Source: Deltaproteobacteria bacterium (GTDB taxonomy: Bacteria > Myxococcota_A > Polyangia > Polyangiales > Houyiibacteriaceae). Taken from it: a stretch of 64,000 bases of DNA. The stretch is taken from positions 126,885-190,884 of the forward strand of contig JAXMNT010000010.1 in the NCBI GenBank assembly GCA_034670305.1. The letters are read 5' to 3'. This document shows, one piece after another, positions 61,978-64,000 of this stretch. Every line of letters begins with the position of its first letter. Position 1 is the stretch's first letter. The notes beneath the pieces were generated by a model. It ran no database searches and was not told the origin of the DNA. It saw only the letters and a program-made list of their open reading frames with translations. The position numbers were made by a program, and so were the translations under genes.

Positions 61978-62038
61978 GTGCCCGTGCCCGTCCGTGGCGG
62001 TGCCCGTCCGTGGCGGTGCCCGTCCGAGGCGGTGCCCC
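61978..62038. repeat. GTGCCCGT / GGCGGTGCCCGTCCG short repeats
   Basis: ~16-nt unit x3 between convergent stops. Confidence 0.65.
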
Positions 62039-62096
62039 TCCCAGGCGGTGCGTCTCCGTGACCGATGGTTGCGAAGGTCGCGACGGGTGGCGTCCG

Positions 62097-62687
62097 TTAC
62101 GCCACGAGCCACGCGGCCGCTGCGGCGATCGGGACGAACAGGTTGTCGTCGAGGCCGCGCCGCGAGAGCAGCTCGGCCAGCACCGAAGCGATCGCGACCC
62201 ACGCCGCCCGCTCGGCGATCGGGAGGCCCGCGGACCACGCCACGATCCCCGCCACGAGCGCCGCGACCACCGCCATCGTCGCGCTGCCCGCCAACGACCG
62301 TCCCCACAGTTCGCCCCGGCCGAAGCGGCGACCAACCAACGACGCGAGCGGATCGCCGAACCCGATCACGGCCACACCCACGAGCCGCGCCTCGATCGGC
62401 GCCCAGTGCGCGAGCACGAAGAGCGCGCTGACGAACCACGTGCCCGAAGTGATCGACGTTCGTTCGTGGGGCCGGACGACGGGCCCGAGGGTTCGCAGGA
62501 CAGCCCGCTGAGTCGGCGCGTGGTGCCGCCGGACGAGCTCGACCAACCACACGAACGCGAACGCACAGCTCGCGGTCCAATGGATGAACCGCTCGTCTGC
62601 GAGCACGAGCACCGCCAGCACCAACGCCGCGTTGAAGGCGTGAAACCCGGCGCGTCGCACATGCGATGGTCTCGAGGGGGCGTTCAC
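62097..62687 (-). CDS. Polyprenol/diacylglycerol kinase family membrane protein (SEC59/VTE5-like)
   Basis: RR.GFH, RPHE, GFGDPLASLVGRRFG, RSLAGS, DDNLFVP; start inferred. Confidence 0.8.
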   Translation of the reverse strand: MNAPSRPSHVRRAGFHAFNAALVLAVLVLADERFIHWTASCAFAFVWLVELVRRHHAPTQRAVLRTLGPVVRPHERTSITSGTWFVSALFVLAHWAPIEARLVGVAVIGFGDPLASLVGRRFGRGELWGRSLAGSATMAVVAALVAGIVAWSAGLPIAERAAWVAIASVLAELLSRRGLDDNLFVPIAAAAAWLVA

Positions 62688-62767
62688 AGGTGGCTCTGGC
62701 TCTGGGCGTGGGCTCGATCCGGATCGCAGCGGAGCCGCGACGCGTCCAGGTGGTATGCTGCGCGTGG

Positions 62768-63709
62768 ATGTCTCTCTACCCGGAGATCCAACCTTACGAC
62801 AGCGGCATGCTGGCCGTCGGTGGGTTGCATCGAATTCATTACGAGCAGTGCGGCAACCCCGGCGGCAAGCCGGCGCTCTTCGTCCATGGCGGACCGGGAG
62901 GCGGCACCGATCCTTCGCAGCGTCGCTTCTGGGATCCGGAAGCGTACCGCGTGGTGCTCTTCGACCAGCGGGGCTGCGGACGCAGCACCCCGTACGCGAG
63001 CCTCGAGGAGAACACCACCTGGGATCTCGTCCGCGACATGGAGAAGCTGCGCGCACACCTCGGGGTGGAGCGCTGGCAGGTGTTCGGTGGTTCGTGGGGC
63101 AGCACGCTCGCGCTCGCGTACGCGCAGACCCACCCAGACCGAGTGACGGAGCTCGTCTTGCGCGGCATCTTCCTCGTGCGTGAAGAAGAGGTTCGCTGGT
63201 ACTACCAAGGCGGTTGCGGTCGCATCTTCCCGGACGCCTGGGAGAAGTTCCTCGCGCCGATTCCCGAAGCCGAGCGCGGCGATCTGGTCGCCGCCTACCA
63301 CGCGCGGCTGACCTCCGACGACGACGCGGTGCGCGGCGAAGCGGCGCGGGCGTGGAGCGGCTGGGAGGGCCGCACGAGTCGACTCATCGTCGACCCGAAG
63401 CTGATCGCGAAGACGGAGTCGCCGCGGTTCGCCGAAGCGTTCGCGCGCATCGAATGCCACTACTTCACGAACCACGGGTTCATGGATCACGACGGCCAGT
63501 TGCTCGACGACATGCCGAAGATCGCACACGTGCCGGGCGTCATCGTACAAGGTCGCTACGACGTCGTCTGTCCCCCGAAGAGCGCGTGGGAGCTCCACAA
63601 GAAATGGCCCCAGTCGAAGCTGCACATCGTCGCGGACGCTGGCCACAGTGCGCTCGAGCCCGGCATCACCAAGGCCTTGGTCGCCGCCACCAACAAGTTC
63701 CGGCCCTAG
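62768..63709 (+). CDS. pip: Proline iminopeptidase
   Basis: HGGPGGG, DQRGCGRS, GGSWGS, QGRYD, AGHS. Confidence 0.95.
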   Translation: MSLYPEIQPYDSGMLAVGGLHRIHYEQCGNPGGKPALFVHGGPGGGTDPSQRRFWDPEAYRVVLFDQRGCGRSTPYASLEENTTWDLVRDMEKLRAHLGVERWQVFGGSWGSTLALAYAQTHPDRVTELVLRGIFLVREEEVRWYYQGGCGRIFPDAWEKFLAPIPEAERGDLVAAYHARLTSDDDAVRGEAARAWSGWEGRTSRLIVDPKLIAKTESPRFAEAFARIECHYFTNHGFMDHDGQLLDDMPKIAHVPGVIVQGRYDVVCPPKSAWELHKKWPQSKLHIVADAGHSALEPGITKALVAATNKFRP

Positions 63710-64000
63710 CAGGCTGCGAGAACGCCCGCAGGGCGTTCTCGCAGCCTGCCCCTTGCCCCTGCCCTTGCCTTTGCCCTTGCCCGCGGATCAGCGGTCAGAT
63801 CGCGTGATCAGCGCGACGAGCATCGCGACGACCTGCTCAAGGTGGGCGAGAGCCCGTTCGATATCGGGCCTCGACAACCTCCTACGCGTCGCGCGGCTGC
63901 GGAGCTGCGCCGCGTAGCACCGACCGATGCCCGGCGGCTTCGTCCGCTGGGCATCGCGCTCCGATTCGCGCCTCGCCGTCGCGAAACACACGGCGTCCAC
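63706..64000. mobile_element. MITE-like element, copy 2 (inverted, truncated by the window end)
   Basis: Starts CTAGCAGGCTGC at the pip stop codon; core is the reverse complement of copy 1. Confidence 0.7.

Noticed and set aside
63788-64000. Avd-like accessory gene implying a DGR
   Set aside because: Only a weak fragmentary resemblance inside a repeat element, 21 kb from an RT that is clearly retron-type.

Overview
High-GC window with a myxobacterial (Polyangiales-like) gene complement, mostly housekeeping and accessory genes (ruvC, yebC, typA, gltX, gabD, mgtE, pip, xdhC, P450/TetR, Dus, an RlmN-like enzyme, secreted lipoproteins). The main system is a complete ~13 kb retron locus on the minus strand (54202->41331). 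Three translationally coupled large genes (a 909 aa helical protein, a ~2160 aa WD40+HEAT protein and a 603 aa protein with degenerate SWIM/WGR-like domains) are followed by an intact msr-msd ncRNA and an Mx162-like retron reverse transcriptase. The ncRNA shows a1/a2 inverted repeats, a branching G, two msr stem-loops and a 37-bp msd hairpin, and predicts an msDNA of ~160 nt. Other notable items are a scrambled RHS remnant with a frameshifted H-Y-E ADP-ribosyltransferase-like toxin tip plus a putative immunity gene, two copies of a CTAG-bounded MITE-like element, nine intergenic hexamer tandem-repeat tracts, and a REP-like palindrome in two copies. All protein family calls come from motif recognition by eye; no searches were run.
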